NCBI GenBank assembly: GCA_044229845.1
Contig: JBGASG010000008.1
Coordinates: 139,899-203,898, forward strand
From: Candidatus Obscuribacteraceae bacterium
Lineage (GTDB): Bacteria > Cyanobacteriota > Vampirovibrionia > Obscuribacterales > Obscuribacteraceae
Direction of reading: 5' to 3'
DNA length: 64,000 nt
Part shown: positions 55,040-64,000 of the stretch, in pieces
Numbering within the stretch: position 1 is the first letter of the stretch
Layout of the letters: the number at the start of each line of letters is the position of its first letter
Made by a program: the position numbers and the translations under genes
The notes under the pieces: model-generated
What the model saw: only the letters and a program-made list of their open reading frames with translations
Told to the model about the DNA's origin: nothing
Databases searched by the model: none

Positions 55040-55153
55040 CGTGAGCAGAATTGCGCATTTCGGGGGTCGGCTGGGTTCGAAAAACATTAAATCCGGTATC
55101 CGTGAGCAGAATTGCTCATTTGCCCCCTCCAAAATGAGCAATTCTGCTCACGG
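55040..55153. repeat. 22-bp perfect inverted repeat plus a third copy (REP-like)
   Basis: CCGTGAGCAGAATTGCTCATTT (55100-55121) / AAATGAGCAATTCTGCTCACGG (55132-55153); CGTGAGCAGAATTGCGCATTT at 55040-55060. Confidence 0.75.
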
Positions 55154-55183
55154 CATCGATCAAAGGGCGTTCGTGGAATAGAA

Positions 55184-55213
55184 GAAACCCTGGCCGCAAG
55201 CGACCAGGGTTTC
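55184..55213 (-). terminator. Terminator of the GSIII gene
   Basis: GAAACCCTGG-N10-CCAGGGTTTC about 20 nt after the stop, followed by TTCTATT on the minus strand. Confidence 0.65.
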
Positions 55214-55234
55214 GATTCTTACTTCCGCTCTACC

Positions 55235-57493
55235 TTAGTAGATGTAGAGCATTTCGCGGAACTTGGGCAACGGCCACAGCGAGTCGTCGACCAGGGTTTC
55301 CAACTCATCGGCGACCTGGCGCACATTGTTCATCGCCGGAATCACCTTCTCCTGATAGAAGCGCGCGTGCGCCAGGAGATCCGCTTCGCCTTCATCCACT
55401 TCGTGGCTGAGCGCATCGAGGTGCTCAAGATTAGTCTTCAGCCGCGAAACGCGGTCTGCGACTTCCTTGAGCAGTTTCTCTTGCGGTCCCAGGTCGAGGC
55501 TGCTGAGTGCTTGTTTCGTCTGGATGAGAGTGGCGGCGATGCGACCTTGATATTCCAGAGCCGCCGGCAGGATCATCGTCTGGGCGATGCTGATGGTCAG
55601 CAGCGCTTCGATATTGATGGTCTTGCAATAGCTTTCCAACTCGATGTTGAAACGGCTTTGGACTTCTTCTTCCGTCAGCACTTCGTACTTGGCGAACAGT
55701 TTCTTCGCAGTGGCATCTGCCGAAACCGGCAGCGCTTCCAGCGTGTGGCGGTTGTTCGGCAAACCGCGCTTCTCAGCTTCGGCATGCCATTCCTTGCTGT
55801 AGTTGTCGCCGTTGAACAAGATGCGCTTGTTCTCGGACAGCACATCTTTAACGATGGTCGAAACAGCCTGGTTGAAGTCGGCTTTGCCGTCTTTGGTGGC
55901 AGCTTCGATTTTGTCGGCCATGAATTCCAACGACTCAGCCACGATTGTGTTGAGCACGGTGTTGGGCATGGCGATTGATTGGCTGGCGCCGACTGCACGA
56001 AACTCGAACTTGTTGCCGGTGAAGGCAAACGGCGAGGTGCGGTTGCGGTCGGAGTCGTCGCGCGGCAGTTCGGGCAGAGTCGAAACACCAATTTGAATTT
56101 TGGTGCCGCTCTTGCCGCCGGTGCTTTCCTTGCCGGAGACGATGGTTTCGACGACTTCGGTCAGTTTGTCGCCCAGGTAGACGCTCATGATTGCCGGCGG
56201 GGCTTCGTTAGCGCCGAGGCGGTGGTCGTTTCCTGCATAGGCAATTGAGGCGCGCAGCAGAGCACCGTGGGTGTTGATGGCGCGGATGACTGCGGTCAGG
56301 CAGACAAGGAATTGCAAGTTGTCGTGCGGCGTGTGACCGGGCTCGAGCAAGTTGTTGCCTTGATCGTCAGCCATCGACCAGTTGTTGTGTTTGCCACTGC
56401 CGTTGACGCCACTGAATGGTTTTTCGTGGAAGAGGCAGCGCAGACCGTGTTTCTGAGCGGTCTTGCGGAACACTTCCATGAGCACCATGTTGTGGTCGGT
56501 GGCGATGTTGCTGCCTTCGAATACCGGAGCCACTTCGAACTGCGCGGGCGCAACTTCGTTGTGGCGCGTTTTCACGGGCACGCCCAGTTTGTACAACTCG
56601 GCTTCTGCATCCATCATGAAGGACAAGACGCGTTCGCGAATCGAACCCCAGTAGTGGTCTTCCATTTCCTGTCCCTTGGGCGGCTTGGCTCCAAAGAGAG
56701 CGCGACCGGCGGCGATCAGGTCGGGGCGCTGCAGGTAGAAGGCTTCGTCAATCAGGAAGTACTCTTGCTCAGGACCGACCGTGCAAGTGACGCGCTTCAC
56801 TTCTTTATTGCCGAGCAATTTCAGAAGGCGGACGGCCTGTTTGTTGATGGCATCGAGCGAGCGCAGAAGCGGCGTCTTCTTGTCGAGAGCGTGTCCGCTA
56901 TACGAGCAGAACACCGTAGGGATACACAAAGTCTTGCCGTTGACGCTCTCCATGATGAACGCCGGGCTGGTCGGATCCCAGCCGGTATAGCCGCGGGCTT
57001 CGAAGGTCGATCTGATACCACCGGATGGGAAGCTCGATGCATCGGGCTCGCCTTGAATCAGGTTTTTGCCGGAGAATTCCAGAATCGCGCCTTCATCGCC
57101 TGTGGAGACAAGAAACGCATCATGCTTCTCGGCGGTCAAGCCGGTCATGGGCAGGAACCAATGCGTGAAGTGCGAGGCACCACGCGCGATGGCCCAGTCT
57201 TTCATGGCGTTTGCCACCACATCGGCGATCGACGGGTCGAGTTGCTCGCCGTTGTCGAGCGCCTTGGTGAGCGACTTGTAGACGTTTTTCGGCAGCAACG
57301 AACGCATCGTGCTGCGATTGAAAACGTTGCAACCGAATACTTCGGTCAGAGGTGTTTGCGTGTAGTCGACGGATGAACGCACTGGTTCACGTTGTTGTAC
57401 CGCCAGCAGGGCGCCACGGCGCGCTCCGGCGCTGCCTTTGCCGTTTCTCACGGTAGTCGATGCTCCATTGTTCATTGTGGTTGTGTTTGCCAT
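55235..57493 (-). CDS. glnN: Glutamine synthetase type III
   Basis: HFTHWFLPMTGLTAEKHD, EPDASSFPSGGIRSTFEARGYT, GPEQEYF, HNEVAPAQFE, HEKPFSGVNGSGKHNNWS, DHRLGANEAPP, DRNRTSPFAFTGNKFEFR. Confidence 0.96.
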   Translation of the reverse strand: MANTTTMNNGASTTVRNGKGSAGARRGALLAVQQREPVRSSVDYTQTPLTEVFGCNVFNRSTMRSLLPKNVYKSLTKALDNGEQLDPSIADVVANAMKDWAIARGASHFTHWFLPMTGLTAEKHDAFLVSTGDEGAILEFSGKNLIQGEPDASSFPSGGIRSTFEARGYTGWDPTSPAFIMESVNGKTLCIPTVFCSYSGHALDKKTPLLRSLDAINKQAVRLLKLLGNKEVKRVTCTVGPEQEYFLIDEAFYLQRPDLIAAGRALFGAKPPKGQEMEDHYWGSIRERVLSFMMDAEAELYKLGVPVKTRHNEVAPAQFEVAPVFEGSNIATDHNMVLMEVFRKTAQKHGLRCLFHEKPFSGVNGSGKHNNWSMADDQGNNLLEPGHTPHDNLQFLVCLTAVIRAINTHGALLRASIAYAGNDHRLGANEAPPAIMSVYLGDKLTEVVETIVSGKESTGGKSGTKIQIGVSTLPELPRDDSDRNRTSPFAFTGNKFEFRAVGASQSIAMPNTVLNTIVAESLEFMADKIEAATKDGKADFNQAVSTIVKDVLSENKRILFNGDNYSKEWHAEAEKRGLPNNRHTLEALPVSADATAKKLFAKYEVLTEEEVQSRFNIELESYCKTINIEALLTISIAQTMILPAALEYQGRIAATLIQTKQALSSLDLGPQEKLLKEVADRVSRLKTNLEHLDALSHEVDEGEADLLAHARFYQEKVIPAMNNVRQVADELETLVDDSLWPLPKFREMLYIY

Positions 57494-57596
57494 TCGTTTC
57501 AGTTACTCCCTGCTTAGGTGTTCGAGCCGTTGCTGCTGCGTCTTGTTTGGGTGCGCCGCGCAACTAGCGGAACGCCGTATCCATCCCTATTTCGAC

Positions 57597-58031
57597 TTAG
57601 ATGCCTAGCGCTTTGAGCACAACGCGTTTGCGCCGGCGTCCGTCGAATTCGGCATAAAAAATTTGCTCCCACGGTCCCAGATCAAGCTTGCCATCGGTGA
57701 TCGGGACCGTCACCTGATGGTTGATGAGGATGCGCTTCAGGTGCGCGTCCCCGTTGGTTTCTCCCGTGTTGTGATGTTTGTAATCGGGGCGTGCGGGCGC
57801 CAGTTTTTCCAGCCATTCATCTATGTCGGAGATGAGACCGGACTCCCAATCATTTATATAAACGCCGGCTGTGATGTGCATTGCCGAAACCAGCACCATG
57901 CCGTCTTCGATGCCGCTTTCCTTGACAAACGCTTCGACATCATCAGTGATGCGAACGTACTCTCGCTCTTTCTTGGTTTCGAACCAGAGGTACTTCGTAT
58001 GCGCTTTTAGACCTTCAGAAGATGTTTTCAA
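57597..58031 (-). CDS. yjbQ: YjbQ family (secondary thiamine-phosphate synthase-like) protein
   Basis: [38 protein letters not shown]. Confidence 0.9.
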   Translation of the reverse strand: MKTSSEGLKAHTKYLWFETKKEREYVRITDDVEAFVKESGIEDGMVLVSAMHITAGVYINDWESGLISDIDEWLEKLAPARPDYKHHNTGETNGDAHLKRILINHQVTVPITDGKLDLGPWEQIFYAEFDGRRRKRVVLKALGI

Positions 58032-58218
58032 AAGGAAAACCTCCGCCCCAGGCAGTTTACAAGGGAATCCCGCTTAAATCGCCGATAGCGCCGATATATA
58101 GATTCGGCACGCGTTTGGCTCAATTTGCTAAGTGTAGCGCCTCGACCGGCTCTGTGACCGTAATGTTGACGAGATCTTTATACGGAAAATCGATAACTTA
58201 AAGAAAGGCGGCGTCCGA

Positions 58219-59385
58219 TCAAGCTCCGGGCGTGAAGAGCCGGTTCATAAGAGCCCGCGCGGCGGGGCTCTGGGCGGTCACTTGCGGTGCCAATCTCAAG
58301 CCCTCGAAATTGAGCGGTCCGCCGCTATACGAGCGCAGCATCTGCTCCGCCTGCACCCACTCGACCGGCTGAATGGCCACCGGCTCCAGTCCGACTCTGG
58401 GGTTCCACTTGGAAGTGACGCGCAACGCCACGCCCTCACTCGGTTGCGTCACCAGCGATTGCCACATGGAATCGGCATTGCCCAATCCTTCTTTGCCGTT
58501 GCCGAAGACCATCACGTTGCCGTCGTCCGCATGTGCCACCACAATGCCGCCTTTCTTGACCGCGTTGAAATCGCCGGTGGAAAGCGTCAGGTCGCCGTCC
58601 ATATGCGGGTGAGAAACATTGTCTGCATACCGCCCGAGCCGCACTTCCTGCCCGCTTGTGATGTTGTCGGCGCGCACGCGCCCCATAACTGTTTGACCGA
58701 CTTTTACTTCGCCGGCTTCACCGGCGGCACCAAGTTTCCACATGCGCGCCTGCTCCAATTGCCGGGCACCGAATGTGGTATCAGTGGCGGCGAAGGCATC
58801 GTTCATGCGATCGCCAAGTTTCAAAAGGTCGACGCTGCCGGTTTCTTCCCCGGCAACCGCCAGGGTGCCCGAGCCCGGTCCCCGGTATGAGAACCAATCC
58901 CCAAATGTCTTGCGCTGCCAGGCTTCCAGCCCCTGCCCGAAACCGGCCAGCCCAGGCGCCAGCCCGTAGCGCCGCCCGAGTACGGCGCCGCCCTTGGCTC
59001 CAACCAGCGCGCCCGGCAGGGTTTCTATCATCAAGGCAGCTTCGCCGGCGATGCCGTGGCGGGCGATGCCCGCGACCTGCTCGCGCTGCGCGTCGGTATC
59101 GGCGGCGGACGCCATCTGAATCAAGCTGAGACCGCTGGTGGTCATGCGCGTCAGCTGGGTCATGCCCGCCAGCGCCATGACTTCACGCCCCAAAACCGGC
59201 GCCCGCGAGCACAGAAGCCCCAGCCCTATGCCGACGCCGGTGGCGACGGCGCCTTTGGCGACCAGCGCGCCCCGATGGTTCTCCCAGTCGTTGGAGAGTT
59301 CATCCCAGACGGCTGTATGAATGGTGGGAAGCACCTTTCCCGCCACTGCCAGGTTATTCTCTACGGCTTGCCCTAAATCGCCCAA
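58219..59385 (-). CDS. Hypothetical protein: hydrophobic Gly/Ala N-terminus and C-terminal JAMM-like motif
   Basis: GAVATGVGIGLGLL hydrophobic helices; HPH-MDGDLTL-S-TG-D (HxH-x7-S-x2-D). Confidence 0.6.
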   Translation of the reverse strand: MGDLGQAVENNLAVAGKVLPTIHTAVWDELSNDWENHRGALVAKGAVATGVGIGLGLLCSRAPVLGREVMALAGMTQLTRMTTSGLSLIQMASAADTDAQREQVAGIARHGIAGEAALMIETLPGALVGAKGGAVLGRRYGLAPGLAGFGQGLEAWQRKTFGDWFSYRGPGSGTLAVAGEETGSVDLLKLGDRMNDAFAATDTTFGARQLEQARMWKLGAAGEAGEVKVGQTVMGRVRADNITSGQEVRLGRYADNVSHPHMDGDLTLSTGDFNAVKKGGIVVAHADDGNVMVFGNGKEGLGNADSMWQSLVTQPSEGVALRVTSKWNPRVGLEPVAIQPVEWVQAEQMLRSYSGGPLNFEGLRLAPQVTAQSPAARALMNRLFTPGA

Positions 59386-60047
59386 GAACTACAAACTCAA
59401 CTCAGAAGGTGGGGTGGCTGACTGATCTCATCCTAGAGATCTATAGGGGGCAAGTCACGGGTGAAACTACGAAAAAGCCGGGTCGGCGAAAGCCCATGGG
59501 TGCGGATTCTACGGCATTCCACAAAAATTTCACAAATAGTCCAGAAACTGAACATGCAATCCGCCTAACCTGATAGTCGAACCCCAAGCAAACAAGGCGA
59601 AGCTGGTACCTCCAGAAGCCGTCCCAATTCCGGCTTTTCGGACCTCACACTTACCAACCGGCAACGCTCCTATTGCAAGTCCGCAGTCCAAGCCCAGCGA
59701 CCCGACCTCGGTTACGCAGTTTGCAGATAAGCTCGCCGCTTCCATTGCCACACCATTCCCCAATTCTTAGCTGACCTGCGCGGATCTCCACCTACGTAGC
59801 AGAGTCGCAATCGCCGGGCATCTCCTCAAGTGCGCGCCCTCGCCCAATGCGCAGCACGCCCGGACGATAGAGATACGGGCCCGCATCCACCTAACCCATA
59901 CAAACAAGCACAGAGCTGACGCCCGTGAAGGTCGCCGCCCGTCCGAATGGCAGCCGCACTTCCAGCCGGAAAGCTCCGCCTCCGCCGCCATCGCTAGTGG
60001 TCGGCGGGACACCACCCCTGAACAAGAGAATGGAGTACACCCCGCTT

Positions 60048-60722
60048 ATGGCCAAAATTCTACTTGTGGAAGACGACCCAGACATGGCGCTGATTTTGGG
60101 CGCCTGGTTCAAGCACGAAAACGACATTGCCGAAACTGTCGGCACCGCCGAAGATGCCCTGCAATTACTAGCTTCCTTCGACTTTGATGTAATCGTCCTC
60201 GACTGGGGATTGCCCGGCATGGACGGACTGGAGATGTGCCGCCACTATCGCAATCAAGGCGGCACCATTCCGATTATCTTCTTATCCGCTCGCTGCGAAG
60301 TGGCGCAGAAAACCGCCGCCTTAGATAGTGGTGCCGACGACTTCCTGGCGAAACCTTTTGATCCCCGCGAACTGAGTTCCCGCATTCGCAGCGTGTTGCG
60401 CAGGCCGCAACCGCTGCTGCCCACGGCACTGGCATTTGAAGATGTGATTCTCGATACGAAAAAACGCACCGTCACCGCCGGCGGTCGCACAATCGAAGTG
60501 ATGCCGAAACAATGCGCGCTGCTGGAATTTTTGTTGCGCCGGCCCCATCAGCCGTTCAGCGCGTCTGCGTTGCTGAACGGCGTGTGGTCCAGCGATTCGG
60601 GCTCGGCAGAGTCCGTGCGCACCTGCGTCAAAACACTGCGCCGCCAACTGGCGCAAATCGGCAAAGAAGACTTTTTGAAGACCGACCTCAGGCAAGGATA
60701 TTTCATCGGCTCGGCTACTTAG
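60048..60722 (+). CDS. OmpR/PhoB-family response regulator
   Basis: MAKILLVEDD, VLDWGLP, GADDFLAKPF, winged-helix C-terminus; ATG 60048. Confidence 0.92.
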   Translation: MAKILLVEDDPDMALILGAWFKHENDIAETVGTAEDALQLLASFDFDVIVLDWGLPGMDGLEMCRHYRNQGGTIPIIFLSARCEVAQKTAALDSGADDFLAKPFDPRELSSRIRSVLRRPQPLLPTALAFEDVILDTKKRTVTAGGRTIEVMPKQCALLEFLLRRPHQPFSASALLNGVWSSDSGSAESVRTCVKTLRRQLAQIGKEDFLKTDLRQGYFIGSAT

Positions 60723-60789
60723 TTGTTTAACTGCCCGACCTGGGCGCAAGGGATGGCATCCAGGGTTTTAGTTTTGAGGAACACAAGAA

Positions 60790-62955
60790 ATGTTTGATCA
60801 AAAGGACACGGAAGCTTGGAGCAGAATGCTGGTTTCGACGCTGCGCAGCAGCGGACAATTCAGCGATGAAGGCACCGTGGCATTAGTAGAATGCCGAGCC
60901 ATGTTTGCCAATCTGCGCCGCTACCGCGACGACGCGCTGCTCGGTGAGCAAGCGCCCCGCCAGATGGAAGCCTACCGCCACGTTAAGGCATTGCCGGGCG
61001 CCACCGCCGAAGGTGTCGTCCCCGACCACTTCCCCGTCACCGCAGGCAGTGCGCGCACCCGCGACGAAAACGGTCGCTGGGCGCCGGGGCAGAAGAAAAC
61101 CGTCTCGCCCAGCGCGATTACCAAAAATCAGAGAACCCCGAAGAACAAGAACAAATCTGATGTCGACGAGATGACCCTCTCCGAAATCGCCCATGCGCTC
61201 GAAGACGCGCTCGGCGCAACTAAAGGCGTCTCGCCTTTTTTCGGCGGCAAACAAACCAACGGCAAGCGCGAGCCTAAGTTTCCCTCGGCTGAAGAATACA
61301 TGCGCGACTATGCCTGCGCACCGGATTTCGCCGTCGTTGACTGCGCCGCCGCCTGGGGCGTAAACGCCACCGACAACAGCGAATGGCACGGCGCCGATAC
61401 CGCCAGCGACCTGGGCGGGATTGGCACCCGCAGCGGTAAGTCGACCGCCGGACTGACGATAGTTTCGCCTTCGGCATTGACTATCGAAGATGATGCCACC
61501 ATCGACGAAGACGACATTCCTCAGTTCGCCTTCGATGAAAATGGCAACCTGTGCGCCTTCATGCTGGCCGGCTTGATCTGGTCGAGCACCGACGGCTACG
61601 TATGGACCGCTCAACGCAACGGGCGCCAGTACCGCATCAAGGGACATGTTTCTCTGGAGTCGGACGGCACGTTGCAATTCGAGAATCGTGTGCCCGTGCG
61701 CACGAGTCCATTCGAAAACGAACACGAAATTACTATCGAAGACCTCACGTCTCCGCATGCGGCGCGCCGCATTCAGTGGGCAACCACGACGCCCACGGTG
61801 TACTCGGCACCGACTCGCGCCACAGAGCCTGCGCCAACGCCGACGGCGGCGCAGTTCACTCCGGCGCCCGCACCGGCGCAGTTCACTCCCACCATGCCCG
61901 CGTCTGAATACTCGCCGGCAACGGCATTTGCCTGCGCGTCCTACGCCCAACTGGGGGAAACTCAACCGATCCCGCCGCTGCCATATCGCGGCGACGAGCA
62001 GGTAAACTCCGGGCATCAGGTTCCCTGCCCACCACCGGCAATGCCCAATCCGCCGCATCTGGAAAGCATGTCTGCCGACCAGACGGTGTCGGTCGAACTG
62101 CTGATGCCCATGCCCCCGGGCGAGATCATGTCGGACGAAGAAGCAGTCTCCATGGAGAAGATTCTCTTCGAGGCACGCGAGAAAAATTCGCGCTCGTACC
62201 AGCGCCGCCGGCTGAAAACACTCGATGAATACATCAAACCGAAACGTCCCGGCGTCAAACATCGCATGCAGGTAGCGTGGGAAACGTTCCATGCCCGCAC
62301 CAGCGTCGCCGCCATCGGCACCATATGCGGCGCCAAAAGCATCCACCTGATTCCACACCTGGAGACTCTGGCTCGCATCACACAAGAGGCACGCTTGCTC
62401 GATGCAGCGCAGGTCTATCACTGGCGCGCGCTCACTTTGCGCGAGCACCACTATGGTGAGAAACACCCCTCACGCGCCGGAAATCTGGAAGGTCTGGCGA
62501 AGATTTACTACGAACGGTCCCATTACTCGGAAGCGGCTGCGCTTTTCGACGAAGCGATTAACCTGCGCCTGCGTAATTTAATTGCCACACAGAACGTCCC
62601 GATCGCCAAAGGCGGCCGCCGCGCTGCCGACAGGGCTTGCGAAGCGGAACTGCTCGGCGTCCTCGCCGCCATCAACGACCTGGCGCAAATGTACGCCGAA
62701 CAAGAAGACTACATGCGTGCCGACCAGCACTTCAAACGCGCCGTCGAAATCTGGAACAACCTGCCCATGTCCGCGACAGCGTCACTGTGTGCATTGATGC
62801 ATACAATCCTGCGCAATTACAAAGCGGTGCTTTTCAGCTGCGACAAAATCGACGAAGCCAGAGCCCTCGACGCTCAAACCTACTGGCTGCGACGCTTTGC
62901 CAATCGCCGCTTGAAAAGAAGCAAAAAGGAATCGCCTCTAGCTTATGAATACTAA
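60790..62955 (+). CDS. Hypothetical protein with Pro-rich linker and C-terminal kinesin-light-chain-like TPRs
   Basis: RALTLREHHYGEKHPSRAGNLEGLAKIYYERSHYSEAAALF; GAGG RBS. Confidence 0.75.
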   Translation: MFDQKDTEAWSRMLVSTLRSSGQFSDEGTVALVECRAMFANLRRYRDDALLGEQAPRQMEAYRHVKALPGATAEGVVPDHFPVTAGSARTRDENGRWAPGQKKTVSPSAITKNQRTPKNKNKSDVDEMTLSEIAHALEDALGATKGVSPFFGGKQTNGKREPKFPSAEEYMRDYACAPDFAVVDCAAAWGVNATDNSEWHGADTASDLGGIGTRSGKSTAGLTIVSPSALTIEDDATIDEDDIPQFAFDENGNLCAFMLAGLIWSSTDGYVWTAQRNGRQYRIKGHVSLESDGTLQFENRVPVRTSPFENEHEITIEDLTSPHAARRIQWATTTPTVYSAPTRATEPAPTPTAAQFTPAPAPAQFTPTMPASEYSPATAFACASYAQLGETQPIPPLPYRGDEQVNSGHQVPCPPPAMPNPPHLESMSADQTVSVELLMPMPPGEIMSDEEAVSMEKILFEAREKNSRSYQRRRLKTLDEYIKPKRPGVKHRMQVAWETFHARTSVAAIGTICGAKSIHLIPHLETLARITQEARLLDAAQVYHWRALTLREHHYGEKHPSRAGNLEGLAKIYYERSHYSEAAALFDEAINLRLRNLIATQNVPIAKGGRRAADRACEAELLGVLAAINDLAQMYAEQEDYMRADQHFKRAVEIWNNLPMSATASLCALMHTILRNYKAVLFSCDKIDEARALDAQTYWLRRFANRRLKRSKKESPLAYEY

Positions 62956-63031
62956 ATTGCTCAACTCAAGAAAATTGTCGCCGTGGGCTTTATCATTAGC
63001 TACGCGACATTCGGAGTCGATGGTTGCCCCC

Positions 63032-63611
63032 ATGGCAAAGATCCTGTTTCTTGAAGACGATGACAAAGTCGCGGACGCGGTCGAAAGCGCTCTGCACAGC
63101 GAACGCCACACGGTCGAGCGCACCGCCAGCGGCGAAGACGCGCTGACGCGCGCGACGGTCTCCGACTACGATCTGATCATTCTCGACTGGACCGTGCCCG
63201 ATGTGTCGGGCGTCGATGTTTGCCAGCGCAAAACCGTTCAACATTCAAGAGTTCATGGCCCGGGTGCGGGCACTGCTGCGCCGGCGCGGCAGCGGCTACG
63301 ACACCGGGCAACTGGTGGTCGGCGAACTTAAACTCGACGTCAAGACATTCACCGTCACATACGGCGGACAAAATGTTTCACTGATACCGAAAGAGTTCGC
63401 GATCCTGGAGTTATTGATGACGTATCCGGGCGTTGTGTTCAGCCACGAAGCCATATTCAGGCGCCTGTGGAAATCGGACGAAGCGACCTCCCCCGAAATC
63501 GTGCGCACCCATTTGAAAAATCTGCGCAAGAAGATTGAAGCCGTGGGCGCTGCCTCACCGATTGAAACCGTCCATGGTGTCGGCTACAAATTGCTCAAGC
63601 CGAACAGCTAA
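63032..63611 (+). pseudogene. OmpR-family response regulator with internal frameshifting deletion
   Basis: MAKILFLEDD...DWTVPDVSGVDVCQR jumps at about 63230 to KPFNIQEFMARVRALLRR in another frame; the receiver segment before KPF is missing. Confidence 0.8.
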
Positions 63612-63615
63612 GCGC

Positions 63616-63792
63616 TCAAGCCGCTCTCTTCGTCGACTGGTCGATTTCTTCAATGTACGACAGGAATGCCATCAATCTGATTTCGTTCTGATTGAGACCG
63701 GTGCGCCGCTTCTTTTCCGGAGCTAGTTCGCGCATCACAGCCGGCAACACACCTTCCTCGGCGTGCGACAGAATTGCTGAATGAATATAGCT
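63616..63792 (-). CDS. 3' fragment of a probable DNA topoisomerase IB gene (interrupted by tandem repeat; gene extends beyond window)
   Basis: Manual translation SYIHSAILSHAEEGVLPAVMRELAPEKKRRTGLNQNEIRLMAFLSYIEEIDQSTKRAA*, resembling bacterial TopIB C-termini (SYIHP...GL...E..L..FL); recognised from memory only. Confidence 0.55.
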   Translation of the reverse strand, partial: SYIHSAILSHAEEGVLPAVMRELAPEKKRRTGLNQNEIRLMAFLSYIEEIDQSTKRAA

Positions 63793-64000
63793 TGATTGAG
63801 ACCGGTGCGCCGCTTCTTTTCCGGAGCTAGTTCGCGCATCACAGCCGGCAACACACCTTCCTCGGCGTGCGACAGAATTGCTGAATGAATATAGCTTGAT
63901 TGAGACCGGTGCGCCGCTTCTTTTCCGGAGCTAGTTCGCGCATCACAGCCGGCAACACACCTTCCTCGGCGTGCGACAGAATTGCTGAATGAATATAGCT
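63689..64000. repeat. Perfect 104-bp tandem repeat, 3 copies to the window end
   Basis: Unit TGATTGAGACCGGTGCGCCG...GAATGAATATAGCT starts at 63689, 63793 and 63897 with no differences. Confidence 0.95.

Noticed and set aside
55112..55978. 288-aa plus-strand ORF
   Set aside because: Antisense to GSIII and starts inside an inverted repeat
57494..57596. Glutamine (glnA) riboswitch upstream of GSIII
   Set aside because: No recognisable CGTT...GAAGT...GGAACG three-way junction consensus
59400..60040. Gene or RNA in the 640-bp intergenic gap
   Set aside because: Only short ORFs without convincing starts or motifs; no clear structure recognised
63689..64000. CRISPR or guide-RNA array
   Set aside because: Units are fully identical with no variable spacers, no cas genes are nearby, and the unit is coding sequence on the minus strand

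Overview
Bacterial chromosomal window of moderately high GC. It most likely comes from a non-photosynthetic cyanobacterial relative (Vampirovibrionia/Melainabacteria, Obscuribacterales-like). This is inferred from gene content: long hpf, typA, rsgA, GSIII, giant TPR proteins, a secreted caspase-like protein and no photosynthesis genes. 1-20 kb is housekeeping and envelope: nadE, hpf, a 1513-aa TPR protein, an SGNH hydrolase, rsgA, typA, an AsmA/TamB-like protein and an MFS transporter. 20-54.7 kb looks like a stress/signalling island. It holds DoxX, a glycoside hydrolase-GT4-trehalose-phosphatase operon, an intact IS256 with an 8-bp TSD, a 13-repeat poly-HAMP hybrid kinase with a fused Hpt, two further sensor-less hybrid kinases, a stand-alone Hpt lacking the phospho-His, an alternative sigma-70, a general stress protein, a Rieske ferredoxin and four paralogous LRV/HEAT-like repeat proteins, two of which share an upstream 15-mer. 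55-64 kb has GSIII, yjbQ, a membrane protein with a JAMM (JAB/MPN+) motif, two OmpR-type regulators (one with an internal deletion of about 104 nt) and a perfect 104-bp tandem triplication that interrupts the 3' end of a probable topoisomerase IB gene at the window edge. Several REP-like palindromes and heptamer repeats occupy intergenic spaces. No rRNA, tRNA or CRISPR array was recognised. Family assignments come from motif recognition only; no database searches were run.
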